This document shows positions 1-8,738 of a DNA stretch of 64,000 bases, in pieces. A program made the position numbers and the translations under genes. The notes beneath the pieces were generated by a model. It searched no databases, was not told where the DNA came from, and was given only the letters and a program-made list of their open reading frames with translations. Source of the DNA: a virus (lineage: Duplodnaviria > Heunggongvirae > Uroviricota > Caudoviricetes); the IMG/VR virus record IMGVR_UViG_3300045988_163275, positions 32,001 through 96,000 of that record. One strand, given 5' to 3'. Each line of letters begins with the position of its first letter. Positions within the stretch are counted from its first letter, which is position 1.

Positions 1-68
1 ATATATTTTTAATGTTAAAAGCGTTTGTAGAAATAGGATTTGAAATCAGTTTACACAAATAAAATCGA

Positions 69-91
69 GCGCCCACTATGGGCGCTTTTTT
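69..91 (+). terminator. rho-independent terminator-like hairpin
   Basis: GCGCCCA / GGGCGC stem with CTAT loop followed by T6 on + strand. Confidence 0.5.
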
Positions 92-113
92 CGTTTCCAA
101 TACTCCCACCATA

Positions 114-139
114 ACGCGCCATCATTGGCGCGTTTTTTA
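114..139 (+). terminator. rho-independent terminator-like hairpin
   Basis: ACGCGCCA / TGGCGCGT stem with TCAT loop followed by T6. Confidence 0.5.
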
Positions 140-469
140 TTGTCCGAAGTTAGCCAAAACAGACCAAAGGCAAGCGCCATAAAAGCGCCAATTTAACGCA
201 TTTTTGCGAGTCGCAGTATCTGACCATTACCCACAATAAAAACACGTTATAGCACGTTTTACAGCGTTTTAGCGTGTTGCTTATTTTGTCGTGTCGTTGG
301 CGTGATCCGCGCTATCCTTCGGGACGTGTCGGCAATATTGGCGCTATCCGTGGGCGCTCGCATATGATTGCCACGTTGGGCAACGTGTACGCGCTTACAG
401 TGGTTTACCCACGGATTCACATAATCACATAGCGAAAGCTATCTGGATGGCCCAGGGGCTGAAACCCCA

Positions 470-660
470 CCAGCGCTACCCCAGCGCCGCTACGCAATTT
501 CTGGCGCGATTCCGGGTTTCTCCCGCTCAGTTTTCTACATAAAGGCGACCCCCGCCGTTTCCCGAAAAAATCTTGGCCGTTTCCCGTCGGCTCATGAATG
601 CGTTCCTCGCCGTTTCTGAAAATTTCCCTGCGGCAGCTGGTGGCTATAGAGAAAGGGCCG
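470..660. repeat. cluster of CCGTTTCC(C/T)G / TTTCCCTG short repeats (copy 1)
   Basis: at least five CCGTTTC-type repeats within ~150 bp; near-identical arrangement recurs at ~4400-4700. Confidence 0.5.
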
Positions 661-679
661 TTTCTGGCCCTCTTCTCAG

Positions 680-1162
680 TTACACGCCATCAAGGATGTG
701 GATGCGGTTGCTTGCGTATACATTCAGCATAAAGTTAGCGCAAAACAGTTTCCATGTGTCAACGCCAGCGGCATACGTAATGTTTTTGCATTTTATTGCA
801 TTGTTGGCGATCCACATCCCCTGCGATACTGCTTCATCGTCGGAAAATTTGAACGACGATTGAGTTTTAATCCAGACAGAAATCTGCGTAGCGAACTCAA
901 TCAGCTTGGACTGGCAGAATCGCCCGGAGCGCACCGGAAAGACGAACGTTCCGAATCCAGAATTTACCACATATGCTTTCTCAAATACCCGCGAGTAACG
1001 ACGATTGCCAATGATGTCGCGTGCAATAATGCATTTTTCTTGTGCTGACAGTTCTACCGTCTCATTGTCGCGCCATGCACCAAGTACTCGTTTTTCAATG
1101 TCAGAGAACGTTACAGCGATATTGCCATGTGCGGGTGCGTTTACAGTAGCGATAAAATTCAT
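680..1162 (-). CDS. hypothetical protein (160 aa)
   Basis: ATG start at 1160-1162; preceded by leader motif A; no recognisable domain. Confidence 0.5.
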   Translation of the reverse strand: MNFIATVNAPAHGNIAVTFSDIEKRVLGAWRDNETVELSAQEKCIIARDIIGNRRYSRVFEKAYVVNSGFGTFVFPVRSGRFCQSKLIEFATQISVWIKTQSSFKFSDDEAVSQGMWIANNAIKCKNITYAAGVDTWKLFCANFMLNVYASNRIHILDGV

Positions 1163-1182
1163 GATTAATTACTTATCGTAAA

Positions 1183-1216
1183 TAACAAATTGTTTTCTTG
1201 TTGGTGTTAATTATCG
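1183..1216 (-). promoter_or_regulatory. leader motif A copy (AACAAATTGTTTTCTTGTTGGTGTTAATTATC)
   Basis: conserved ~35-bp element 20 nt upstream of start of 680..1162. Confidence 0.5.
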
Positions 1217-1338
1217 TTGTACGAATAAGGCGTCAAAGTGGAAAGTTGCGGTAGCCGGACGGGAACAGGTGGGTTTGTCGGTTGCCTGGAGGTAAGAGGT
1301 TGGTGTTTTTAGCCTGCGGGAAACAGGATGGTCATTTA

Positions 1339-1360
1339 AGGCCACCAGCATTGGTGGCCT
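1339..1360 (-). terminator. stem-loop built from Chi-like octamers (GGCCACCAGC-A-TTGGTGGCC)
   Basis: 8-bp stem immediately 3' of stop of 1367..1654; contains CCACCAGC (Chi complement). Confidence 0.4.
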
Positions 1361-1366
1361 TACTCT

Positions 1367-1654
1367 TTAGTGGAGCAGACCGATGTCGATGGTATCCCCT
1401 GAATCATCCACACGGATCATCAGCATGGCGAAGGCGTTTAGTGGATAGCTTGCGTGCCATTCAGGGAAGCGGTCATCTCGCATGAAGTCGGCAATGTCGT
1501 AAACGCAGCCCTCAAAGTGGAAGAATCGCGTGCTTACCTGCTCGTCATATTCCACATGATCCATTTCTTGCTGTTCTGTTTCCGGCAAGTCCAGCCATGA
1601 TTCAAGGAATACATTTTGTGCTTTAGGGGTAATGGTGAAATCAGTCATGAGCAT
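1367..1654 (-). CDS. hypothetical small acidic protein (95 aa)
   Basis: track ORF 1367..1780 begins with TTG and covers motif A; first ATG with GAGGAT SD at 1652-1654 (MLMTDFTITPK...). Confidence 0.45.
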   Translation of the reverse strand: MLMTDFTITPKAQNVFLESWLDLPETEQQEMDHVEYDEQVSTRFFHFEGCVYDIADFMRDDRFPEWHASYPLNAFAMLMIRVDDSGDTIDIGLLH

Positions 1655-1667
1655 ATCCTCACTGCGT

Positions 1668-1700
1668 AAACATATTGTTTTCTTGTTGGTGTAATTATCG
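1668..1700 (-). promoter_or_regulatory. leader motif A copy
   Basis: CATATTGTTTTCTTGTTGGTGTAATTATC 14 nt upstream of ATG at 1654. Confidence 0.5.
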
Positions 1701-1810
1701 CAGTGTAGATAAGGCATAAAAGACGTTAATACAGGCTGAATACACAAGAAAGGTTCTGGAAGTTGATAGCCAGGTTTCAAACTAACCTTCGGTTATTAAA
1801 AGTCATTTAA

Positions 1811-1830
1811 GACCACCAATGCTGGTGGCC
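1811..1830 (-). terminator. stem-loop containing Chi octamer GCTGGTGG
   Basis: GACCACCA-ATGC-TGGTGGCC hairpin 3' of small ORF 1838..1981. Confidence 0.35.
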
Positions 1831-1837
1831 TTAATAA

Positions 1838-1981
1838 TTATCGCCCGATTACGCTAAGGATCTTTTCCTCAACTGATTTGTTGTTGCGACTAAACTGCCT
1901 TGCGTATCTTATGACAGAAGAGGCGTTTCGCTTTCTGACCATCTCGGCTCTCTCCTTCAGGCGTTTCTTGAAATCGCCCAT
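1838..1981 (-). CDS. hypothetical small basic protein (47 aa)
   Basis: ATG at 1979-1981, K/R-rich; not in ORF track (<60 aa); hand-translated. Confidence 0.25.
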   Translation of the reverse strand: MGDFKKRLKERAEMVRKRNASSVIRYARQFSRNNKSVEEKILSVIGR

Positions 1982-1983
1982 AT

Positions 1984-2358
1984 TTACCACCAGGCGCAGA
2001 AGGTCAGTCTATTATTGTGAAAGTCGTGGTTCTTAATCAGATCTTCCACAATCTCTTTCAACTCCCCCACATCATGCCAGTAACCTTCATCGTACTCCTG
2101 ACTGCCGAAGAAAAAACCTTCCTGGGTAGGCAAGTACTCTTCGCAATTACTTTCGTTTATGTGCATCAAATGAGCCTTCAGAAAACAAATGTCATTCATC
2201 GTTAATTCTAAAAGCTCACAATTTTCGACTTCACCTACGTTGCGCTCCATCCACCCAACGAGCGCATTGAACTTACGGAAGTAAGCAACCTGCTTTCTGG
2301 ATGCCTCGTTATTCAGATCGTTTTTTGGCTGCGTCTCGATGTAGATATCAAGCCCCAT
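1984..2358 (-). CDS. hypothetical protein
   Basis: track ORF 1984..2400 starts with GTG; internal ATG at 2356-2358 has AAGGAA SD (MGLDIYIETQ...); alternative ATG at 2392-2394. Confidence 0.45.
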   Translation of the reverse strand: MGLDIYIETQPKNDLNNEASRKQVAYFRKFNALVGWMERNVGEVENCELLELTMNDICFLKAHLMHINESNCEEYLPTQEGFFFGSQEYDEGYWHDVGELKEIVEDLIKNHDFHNNRLTFCAWW

Positions 2359-2416
2359 GATGGTTTCCTTATTAAGTTGCTTCAGTGAAATCATTTTCAC
2401 AAATCAGATAAGGCAG

Positions 2417-2440
2417 AAAACAAATTGTTATCGGGCATAA
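2417..2440 (-). promoter_or_regulatory. leader motif A copy (degenerate)
   Basis: GAAAACAAATTGTTATCGGGCATAAG upstream of 1984..2400. Confidence 0.35.
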
Positions 2441-2475
2441 GAAAATGGCGCGGGGTACGCGCCATTCAAAGAGGA

Positions 2476-2871
2476 TTAAGCGAATACGCTTTCAGGGACA
2501 ATGGTGTCGATCTTTTCGCCGGAGATTATTCGCAGACCGTGTTGTCCCATCCAGGTACTATTGGTATTTAAACTCGATGTATAAACCGCATCGACCTTTT
2601 TCATCAAATTTTCAAACAACGTCTGATCCGCGCCACGGAAATGAGTTTCCAGTTTTATCAGTAAAGGGTCAGAAGCATTACTGATGCTTTGGTAACGCAC
2701 CGAATATTTCCCCTTTGTCGCCTCGCCGGTGCGAGTTAAGGTACTGGTGTGAACTTCTTCGCCGGAGGCATTATCGCGTAGCACAATTGTAATTTTTGCA
2801 ACTTTGTCTCCATTTTCCGTCTCTGATGCATAATACATATCCAGGGTCAGATTTTCGCGTTTAACGGTCAT
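2476..2871 (-). CDS. hypothetical protein (131 aa)
   Basis: ATG at 2869-2871 with AAGGAGAG SD 5 nt upstream. Confidence 0.55.
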   Translation of the reverse strand: MTVKRENLTLDMYYASETENGDKVAKITIVLRDNASGEEVHTSTLTRTGEATKGKYSVRYQSISNASDPLLIKLETHFRGADQTLFENLMKKVDAVYTSSLNTNSTWMGQHGLRIISGEKIDTIVPESVFA

Positions 2872-2908
2872 TTCACTCTCCTTAGTGTTTAATTTTTAAT
2901 TTTATTAT

Positions 2909-2927
2909 CATAAGTAAGTACTTACAA
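2909..2927. promoter_or_regulatory. palindromic operator-like motif B copy (TAAGTAAGTACTTAC)
   Basis: palindrome core TAAGTACTTA, 38 nt upstream of ATG 2871. Confidence 0.5.
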
Positions 2928-2935
2928 TACAAAAA

Positions 2936-2962
2936 AGCCCCGAAGGATTGGCGGGGCTGTCG
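2936..2962 (-). terminator. rho-independent terminator
   Basis: minus strand GCCCCG-loop-CGGGGC followed by TTTTTT, just 3' of stop of 2993..3304. Confidence 0.6.
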
Positions 2963-2992
2963 TACATTCGACTAACTACTGCTTGCACATGT

Positions 2993-3304
2993 TTAAGCTA
3001 CCGCCTGAACAGACGCTCGTTGGATCTCTTGTTGGGCGACACGGTTGGCTTCCATCAGCGCCAGTTCAAGCTGGTCCTCTGGCCACATTTTCTGGACCGA
3101 CATCCACCCTCTTCCACGCTGGCGACGAACTACCATCACATAGCGCGTAAAATTGCCCGCGTCGAAGGTAATGGCTTTTTCACGAAACAGACGGATAGAA
3201 GTCCCATTCGCTACGATATCCAGCAATGTGAGATGCCCCATTAAGGTTGGTTTTTCTTTTCTATCCTGGCCTTCAGCAAGACCCAGCACCAATGAAGTAT
3301 TCAT
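2993..3304 (-). CDS. hypothetical protein (103 aa)
   Basis: ATG at 3302-3304 with GGAG SD; track ORF extends to 3334 over motif A. Confidence 0.5.
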   Translation of the reverse strand: MNTSLVLGLAEGQDRKEKPTLMGHLTLLDIVANGTSIRLFREKAITFDAGNFTRYVMVVRRQRGRGWMSVQKMWPEDQLELALMEANRVAQQEIQRASVQAVA

Positions 3305-3314
3305 CACCACTCCG

Positions 3315-3350
3315 TAAACAAATTGTTTTCTCAATGGCGTAAATAATACC
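3315..3350 (-). promoter_or_regulatory. leader motif A copy
   Basis: AAACAAATTGTTTTCTCAATGGCGTAAATAATAC 11 nt upstream of ATG 3304. Confidence 0.5.
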
Positions 3351-3464
3351 AGTGTAAAAACGGCTACAAAGCATATTGCTCAGGCACATGAATTATCTAA
3401 AGGTGGTTCTGCCCTGCGGCTACAGAGAAGTTAAGCCAGCAGGCGGTGCTGGCTTTGGTTGGGC

Positions 3465-3794
3465 TTACGCGAATAACTCAAGGAATTCCTGCACGTCCCA
3501 ATGCTGGACAAGGTGAAGATAGAGCTTAGAAATCACGTCATTCTCGCTATCGCATGTGAAGTAGTACTTCTGGCTGCGGTTGTATGTGTCCACACAAAAT
3601 TCGCTCATATCCATAAAGTCAGCATCTTCACCCATGTCGCAAATAATCAAAGCAGGAGCATCATCACGAGTCATCAGCTCAAGCACCCAGCGCGAATTGA
3701 TCAGCGTGGAAGACCAACCTTCTAACTCATAAAACTGGTCAAACTCTTTTTGAGTCATTTTCTTGATTTGGTTGATGTCGATATTTGCAAACAT
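3465..3794 (-). CDS. hypothetical protein (109 aa)
   Basis: ATG at 3792-3794 with AAGGAT SD; track ORF extends to 3860. Confidence 0.5.
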   Translation of the reverse strand: MFANIDINQIKKMTQKEFDQFYELEGWSSTLINSRWVLELMTRDDAPALIICDMGEDADFMDMSEFCVDTYNRSQKYYFTCDSENDVISKLYLHLVQHWDVQEFLELFA

Positions 3795-3806
3795 AAAGCA
3801 ATCCTT

Positions 3807-3840
3807 AAACATGTTGTTTTCTGAATTGCGTAAACAATAC
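3807..3840 (-). promoter_or_regulatory. leader motif A copy
   Basis: AAACATGTTGTTTTCTGAATTGCGTAAACAATAC upstream of 3794. Confidence 0.5.
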
Positions 3841-3933
3841 CAGTAAGAAAACGGCCACAAAGTATATCGTTACGGTGCTGCGCTGCCCCGGAGGTTAATA
3901 GCGACAAAAGCCACCGTGCTGGTGGTCTCACTC

Positions 3934-4152
3934 TTAATCTTCGTCGTCCGGGAACTCGCTGTGTACCGCGTCCACCAGCTCCCGCTTTTCATCTTCACTA
4001 AGCAGGTGCCAGATATCCTTCCCTTTGGGCGATTCCCCTTCTGCCGGGACGAACGACCACAACTTGCGGTACAACTCCGGCCCCACTGCATCCAGACACT
4101 CAGCCAGGGAATCCACGCCCCACACCTCAACCGTCACAGGCATCTTAATCAT
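3934..4152 (-). CDS. hypothetical acidic protein (72 aa)
   Basis: ATG at 4150-4152 with GAGGAT SD; preferred over overlapping low-complexity frame 3870..4130. Confidence 0.5.
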   Translation of the reverse strand: MIKMPVTVEVWGVDSLAECLDAVGPELYRKLWSFVPAEGESPKGKDIWHLLSEDEKRELVDAVHSEFPDDED

Positions 4153-4183
4153 CTCTTCATCCTCACTTCGTTTCTATAACGTC

Positions 4184-4218
4184 TAAATATGTTGTTTACT
4201 TGTTGGTGTTATTATCGC
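4184..4218 (-). promoter_or_regulatory. leader motif A copy
   Basis: AAATATGTTGTTTACTTGTTGGTGTTATTATCGC upstream of 4152. Confidence 0.5.
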
Positions 4219-4239
4219 AATAAGACAAAGGCGAAAAAG

Positions 4240-4700
4240 GATTTTATGTCGTGAAAGCCAGGCTGGGCAGTGAATATCCGGGAACGACACGGGAACCAGT
4301 ATTTACGATATTCTGCTCTACGCGCGCCGCAGGGCTGGTGGGCAGAATTTTCTTCTCCCCGAAAACCTACTGAAATCGCTTGAGACCCGAGGATGGTCTG
4401 GCAGACTGGAGTTCAGCAGCTGCACGAGAGGGAACGACACTCCCCCGCGATTTTCAGGCGAGTGAAGAGTAAGGCGCACTCCCGAAGATTTCCCGCACCG
4501 CTCCCGCAGTCGTCTCTCACTCTGTACCGGGATGTACCCGTTTCCCGACCGGCAGCCAGCCTTTTCCCGGTTCGTATAGCGAGATTCCCACCGTTTCCCT
4601 GAAAAACCTCCAGCCTTTTCCCTGCGGCGACGTTCCCGTTCCTGAAAAGGGACATGGCCTTTTCCCTGGATGGCCCGAAGGCTGACCGAAGGGGTGGATA
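4240..4700. repeat. cluster of GGGAAC / CCGTTTCCC / CCTTTTCCC short repeats (copy 2)
   Basis: CCGTTTCCCTGAAAAA ... CCTTTTCCCTGCGGC arrangement mirrors 540-640; ORF-free. Confidence 0.5.
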
Positions 4701-5560
4701 GGGACGTTACGGGGGATGAAAGCTATGGCTTGAATTTATACGAAGAAAGTGGCGATACCCCTCCTTCCCTTCCCACTTATACCTCCCACGAATTTTCTCT
4801 CTTATGTGGGCATAAATCTTCTCTCTGATAACGCTCAATACGGCGACTATTCCTGTGGGTGAAATGGGTGGTTTGTTCTTTCTACCGGCATATGTGGTTT
4901 CGTTCTTCTTGAGGTGGTTCTTCTCTGTGTTTTCGTCAGGGTTGTTCTCGTTGTTTTGGTGATTGTTCTTCTCTGTGTATGGAGTAATGGCAGGTGGGCG
5001 ATTCCTTTCGTTATTGTATTTGAGTTGTTTGTCTTGAGAGCGTGAAAGGCTTTTGTGGTTATTTGTGTATTGAGTAATGGCGTTTCCCCGCGAATGTTCT
5101 GTTTCGTGTCTTTGGGGATTGAGGGAGTCCTTGCGGTAACAGGCTTCGTTAGAGTTTCAGTGGTTCTGGTGTTTATTCGCTGTTTGGGGAATGGCGTGTA
5201 GTGGGTATCGCATGTATGAATGTTTCGAGTTGCCTGTGAAAGTTAGGTTGGTTGTCCGGTAGCCTGGGAAGAAGAGGTGGGTCTTTTCAGTAGCCTGCCA
5301 TAAAGAGGTTGGTTGTTTTTGGGAATGTGGGTAATGGCGTCTCTGGGTTTCCTGTGGGTGTGGTTAGCTTGTTTTCTTGTGTCTGAAAACAACTTGTTTA
5401 GATGTCCAATATAACGCAACGGGAGCGCTTCTGAGCGTGTCTGTTTTTGGGTGGTATCACGAGTCGTTTTTGACGTTTTGGTCGCAGGGAGATGGATTCT
5501 GGTACGCTGGATTTGGGTATAAGAGATGGCGTGCGAAAACATCAACTTTTTAGACCAAAT
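4700..5560. repeat. ORF-free region with extreme G+T strand bias and internal direct repeats
   Basis: plus strand almost entirely G/T; repeated (G)AGTAATGGCG at ~4983, 5073, 5186, 5329 and GTTCTTCTCTGTGT twice; track ORFs here are compositional artefacts. Confidence 0.5.
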
Positions 5561-5595
5561 CAGGGGAAAGCGTTGACTTTACGTTGATGTGTTAT

Positions 5596-5625
5596 TTATT
5601 TGTTTTCTTATGGGTGTAATTAGCT
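5596..5625 (-). promoter_or_regulatory. leader motif A-like copy facing the G+T-rich region
   Basis: TTATTTGTTTTCTTATGGGTGTAATTAGC; would direct minus-strand transcription into 4700-5560. Confidence 0.3.
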
Positions 5626-5741
5626 TAAATGCCTTGTCACGCCTGGGATTGAGTGGGGTAGGGTGGTGGGGAAAGTGGCGATCAACGGACTCTTATAGAA
5701 ATCCTCAATTTGTGACCGCCAATATCAACGAGTTGCAGCCG

Positions 5742-6311
5742 TTAGTTGTTCAGATAGGCATCCGGAACGCGCACATAAAAGTTTCTTTCGCCGGTCAGTT
5801 CCAGAGTAACGTTTATGTCGTTGCCGTTATCCAGCGTAGCCGTCGCTTTATAGAACTTGTCCGTCACCTTGTCCTGAATTGTCACCTTCATACATTTCGG
5901 CGCTGTGGTTCCGTTATTCTCTTTCAGAATGGTCGTTACGAGAGGACAAGCCGCTTCTTCAAGAGCAACCTCTTCCTGGTGTGGGATACCGATGAAGATG
6001 TTACCAGCAAGCAACGCGACGATTACGATAAAAGGAAGTCGACTGCCTTTTGTAACGGTGGCACGTTTCCAGAGATAGACCGGAAGGAGAAATACTCCCC
6101 ACAGGATGGCCGGTGGTTCATACCCTGCATCAGACAATGCCATTCTGTCAGCCACCAGAAAGCCGAGTCCAGCGACTCCACCTATCACTATTGCATAATT
6201 CAAATACTCATCTGGCGGTACTCCAAAGAAGAGAGGCAGTAAAGCTAGAAGCCACGCATAAGCATTATTCAGAGGTTTTGTTTGTTGGTTCTGGGTTTCC
6301 ATCACATCCAT
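5742..6311 (-). CDS. hypothetical integral membrane protein (189 aa)
   Basis: three hydrophobic helices (LLALLPLFFGV, VIGGVAGLGFLV, FIVIVALLAGNIFIG); ATG at 6309-6311. Confidence 0.5.
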   Translation of the reverse strand: MDVMETQNQQTKPLNNAYAWLLALLPLFFGVPPDEYLNYAIVIGGVAGLGFLVADRMALSDAGYEPPAILWGVFLLPVYLWKRATVTKGSRLPFIVIVALLAGNIFIGIPHQEEVALEEAACPLVTTILKENNGTTAPKCMKVTIQDKVTDKFYKATATLDNGNDINVTLELTGERNFYVRVPDAYLNN

Positions 6312-6387
6312 TCCATCAGATTAAAAAGCGGTACTATGTTACCAATTTTCTTCGCTTATATGACATGATTACTCAACGAGTGGGCGA

Positions 6388-6708
6388 TCACCATTCCCAT
6401 GCAGGTAGCCCATCCACCAGCTCGGCGTCGCAATCGAAGTGAACCACGTCAAAGCCGTCATCCAGTATGGTCTGTATGTTGGAGATCGCCTCTTGGGAAA
6501 TGCCGTACTCACGCAGTTCTTCCTTCCAGTCATTCCCTCGCATTCCAGCACGAACAATCCAGCCGTACTGTGTACCGTGTACCCAATTCAACCCGCGATC
6601 AGTAAGTGGGTCGAAGCAGGCAATGGGTAGCCGTTCTGAATCCGCTGCCGTGACGTGGGCGGTGCTGATCACCGCCGTCTTATACGATTCGGTGATTTTC
6701 AGCATCAT
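6388..6708 (-). CDS. hypothetical protein (106 aa)
   Basis: ATG at 6706-6708 with AAAGGAGAAGG SD; overlaps stop of upstream gene. Confidence 0.55.
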   Translation of the reverse strand: MMLKITESYKTAVISTAHVTAADSERLPIACFDPLTDRGLNWVHGTQYGWIVRAGMRGNDWKEELREYGISQEAISNIQTILDDGFDVVHFDCDAELVDGLPAWEW

Positions 6709-6941
6709 GCCTTCTCCTTTGGAAACAGAATGTTGGCCGTGTCAGAAATGACATCCCAATTCACGCCGACGCTGGCGTCATGGCACTCTTTGATTTTTCG
6801 CAAAACCTGAACGCACTGTTCGTCAGTCAGGTCTGGTCGCCCTTCACCTACATCTTCCTTGTGCCACATCACCATCAGCAGCGGCTCGTCTTCTGGGTAG
6901 TTCTCCAGCTTTTCGATAATTTCTTTCGCGGTTCCGAACAT
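6705..6941 (-). CDS. hypothetical protein (78 aa)
   Basis: track ORF starts TTG at 6959; ATG at 6939-6941 with AAGGAG SD 6 nt upstream. Confidence 0.5.
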   Translation of the reverse strand: MFGTAKEIIEKLENYPEDEPLLMVMWHKEDVGEGRPDLTDEQCVQVLRKIKECHDASVGVNWDVISDTANILFPKEKA

Positions 6942-6953
6942 GATTAACTCCTT

Positions 6954-6986
6954 AAACAATTTGTTTTCTTATTGGTATTATTATCT
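6954..6986 (-). promoter_or_regulatory. leader motif A copy
   Basis: AACAATTTGTTTTCTTATTGGTATTATTATC upstream of 6941. Confidence 0.5.
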
Positions 6987-7026
6987 CAAATAACGAAAGG
7001 CAGAAAACAAGATGTTTAAGGGATGA

Positions 7027-7293
7027 CTAGGTGAGTTTGAAGTCGTCTATGTCATCAACAAACTCCATATACCTGGCTTCGACACTCGACAATCTGATCA
7101 GATACGCAAGCCCGTAACTTAGTGAAGTGGGTTGCTCCAGCACAAATTCGAACCCATCCTCATGCGTTTTACCAAGCCAGAACCCCCCACCGTATTCTTT
7201 TTCACGTTGGAAGAAAACGAACTGTCCGGGTATTAGGTGCTTGAGTGCTTCGCCCCTATAGACGATCACATATTTAGAATTCTTGCTGCCCAT
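7027..7293 (-). CDS. hypothetical protein
   Basis: track ORF 7027..7350 starts TTG; ATG with GAGG SD at 7291-7293; start uncertain. Confidence 0.4.
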   Translation of the reverse strand: MGSKNSKYVIVYRGEALKHLIPGQFVFFQREKEYGGGFWLGKTHEDGFEFVLEQPTSLSYGLAYLIRLSSVEARYMEFVDDIDDFKLT

Positions 7294-7381
7294 TGCTCGC
7301 CTCGCAATACTGCACATATAAACAGTGGTATTTATTACGGTACTGGTCAACTTTACGGGTTAATTGAATAACAAGATGGTG

Positions 7382-7400
7382 AAAACAATTTGTTTTGGCG
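7382..7400. promoter_or_regulatory. leader motif A core in divergent intergenic region
   Basis: AAAACAATTTGTTTTGGCG between minus gene ending 7350 and plus gene at 7481. Confidence 0.35.
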
Positions 7401-7480
7401 CTTGAGATTTTGCAAATCGCACCTACATGGAAAACGGCAATTTTTGAAACCTGATTTGACCCATGTGAAAGGAGGAAACG

Positions 7481-7684
7481 ATGAAGACCTATGATCGCAA
7501 CCGTAACACTATCACTACCGGCAGCCGAGTGATGGTGGCAACGAATGGTGCAACGGGAGTCATCAAGGAAATCTGCGGAGAAGGCAAATCAGAAGAACAA
7601 TTACGCCGCTCTGACTGCGTGTCTATCGAAGGTGTGGAAGATCTGTTCTGCCCAATGGATTTAGTTCGCCTGGGATTCCAATAA
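7481..7684 (+). CDS. hypothetical protein (67 aa), plus strand
   Basis: ATG preceded by AAAGGAGGAAACG SD; isolated plus-strand gene. Confidence 0.5.
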   Translation: MKTYDRNRNTITTGSRVMVATNGATGVIKEICGEGKSEEQLRRSDCVSIEGVEDLFCPMDLVRLGFQ

Positions 7685-7698
7685 TTACACCACTAATT

Positions 7699-7712
7699 AA
7701 ACAAATTGTTTA
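7699..7712. promoter_or_regulatory. leader motif A core (partial)
   Basis: AAACAAATTGTTTA next to GGCCACAAATAATGGCC hairpin 7717-7738. Confidence 0.25.
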
Positions 7713-7739
7713 AGGCCACAAATAATGGCCTTATCTGGC

Positions 7740-8438
7740 TTACGGAACAGCAGTAATCAGATCGCAAATGCCTGTTTTAGTTAAATCACTATTTAGCTTC
7801 TGAAAATTGGCATTCAGCATTGCGGTATGTATTCGATTCTCAAGTTCAAAGAAGAGATCGATCTTGCCCTCTTTGGCTGCCACCTTCTTCCAAATATTCA
7901 CCTGGTCATCTGCGATACGACTTGCGCAGGTGAACAAGAACGAACTCCCTCTGGGAAGGGATGTCGTGCTGTAGTATTCACCGTCAACTTCAATATACTT
8001 AGCTCGGAATGACTCCAGAGTTAGCTTTTTACCGCTCTCAGCCTGCTTTGTGTCTGCCTTGCTTGTCTTTTCCTGAACTTCAGGCTGTTTCTGCACAGGC
8101 TTTGGTGTCTCATTGACCACCGCAGTGCTGGCCGAACCATCCAAACTCTTGAGGCCATTAATTTGGATTAGATAAGCCAACTCCAGAGTCTTATCACCAG
8201 TGAGTTTTCCACGCATACTTACCCATTGACGCTGAACCGTCTTTAAGGCGTCTGCGTCCCCCGGGTTTGCTTTGAGTGCGTTGGAATAGGTAGAGCTAAG
8301 TTGTTCGTCTAATTTTGACAGGCGTTCGTTATCGCAGATTTTGTGTTCGATTTCTGCCGAAGCCTTTTGGCAGTCAAAGCTGGCTGCAAATACAGCCGGC
8401 GATGCCACCAACAATGATGCCAGTAGGATATTTTTCAT
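7740..8438 (-). CDS. secreted protein with LprI/DUF1311-like N-terminal domain
   Basis: signal peptide MKNILLASLLVASPAVFA; FDCQKASAEIEHKICDNERLSKLDEQL pattern; ATG 8436-8438 with GGAG SD (track ORF starts at GTG 8444). Confidence 0.6.
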   Translation of the reverse strand: MKNILLASLLVASPAVFAASFDCQKASAEIEHKICDNERLSKLDEQLSSTYSNALKANPGDADALKTVQRQWVSMRGKLTGDKTLELAYLIQINGLKSLDGSASTAVVNETPKPVQKQPEVQEKTSKADTKQAESGKKLTLESFRAKYIEVDGEYYSTTSLPRGSSFLFTCASRIADDQVNIWKKVAAKEGKIDLFFELENRIHTAMLNANFQKLNSDLTKTGICDLITAVP

Positions 8439-8476
8439 ATTCACTCCATAAATATAAAAGCGCCTGACTATAGCAC

Positions 8477-8692
8477 TTAACCGATTGCTTCTCTCATCTG
8501 ATTGTGAAGCTCTTTCAGCCCATTACGTACCGCGTTCATGATACGTTCCAGGTATTGGTATCTGGGGTTTGGCACCGTTGGCCAACCGGCATACCACGGA
8601 TCGTCACCAAACAGACTCAGCAGTTCGTTACCGACACCGAAACAGCAGCAACTTTCTTTTACGTCATCAGCGTTTTCTGCCTCGTCCCACAT
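8477..8692 (-). CDS. hypothetical protein (71 aa)
   Basis: ATG at 8690-8692; reading frame stays open ~23 codons upstream without a start. Confidence 0.35.
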   Translation of the reverse strand: MWDEAENADDVKESCCCFGVGNELLSLFGDDPWYAGWPTVPNPRYQYLERIMNAVRNGLKELHNQMREAIG

Positions 8693-8738
8693 ATTGCGGG
8701 CCTGCTCTGCGTCGATTTCTCTCTCTCCCTGCGCAACT

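Noticed and set aside
573-1048. Plus-strand ORFs 573..863 and 698..1048
   Set aside because: They overlap the minus-strand gene 680..1162, which has a leader motif and proper start; they have no SD and look like antisense shadows.
3870-4130. Track ORF 3870..4130 (-)
   Set aside because: Cys/Trp/Arg-rich low-complexity product overlapping the better frame 3934..4152, which has an SD and a coherent acidic sequence.
5243-6242. Track ORFs 5243..5545 (-) and 5589..6242 (+) as genes
   Set aside because: 5243..5545 lies in the G+T-biased region where the complementary strand has almost no stop codons, and its product is low-complexity. 5589..6242 is antisense to a convincing membrane-protein gene.
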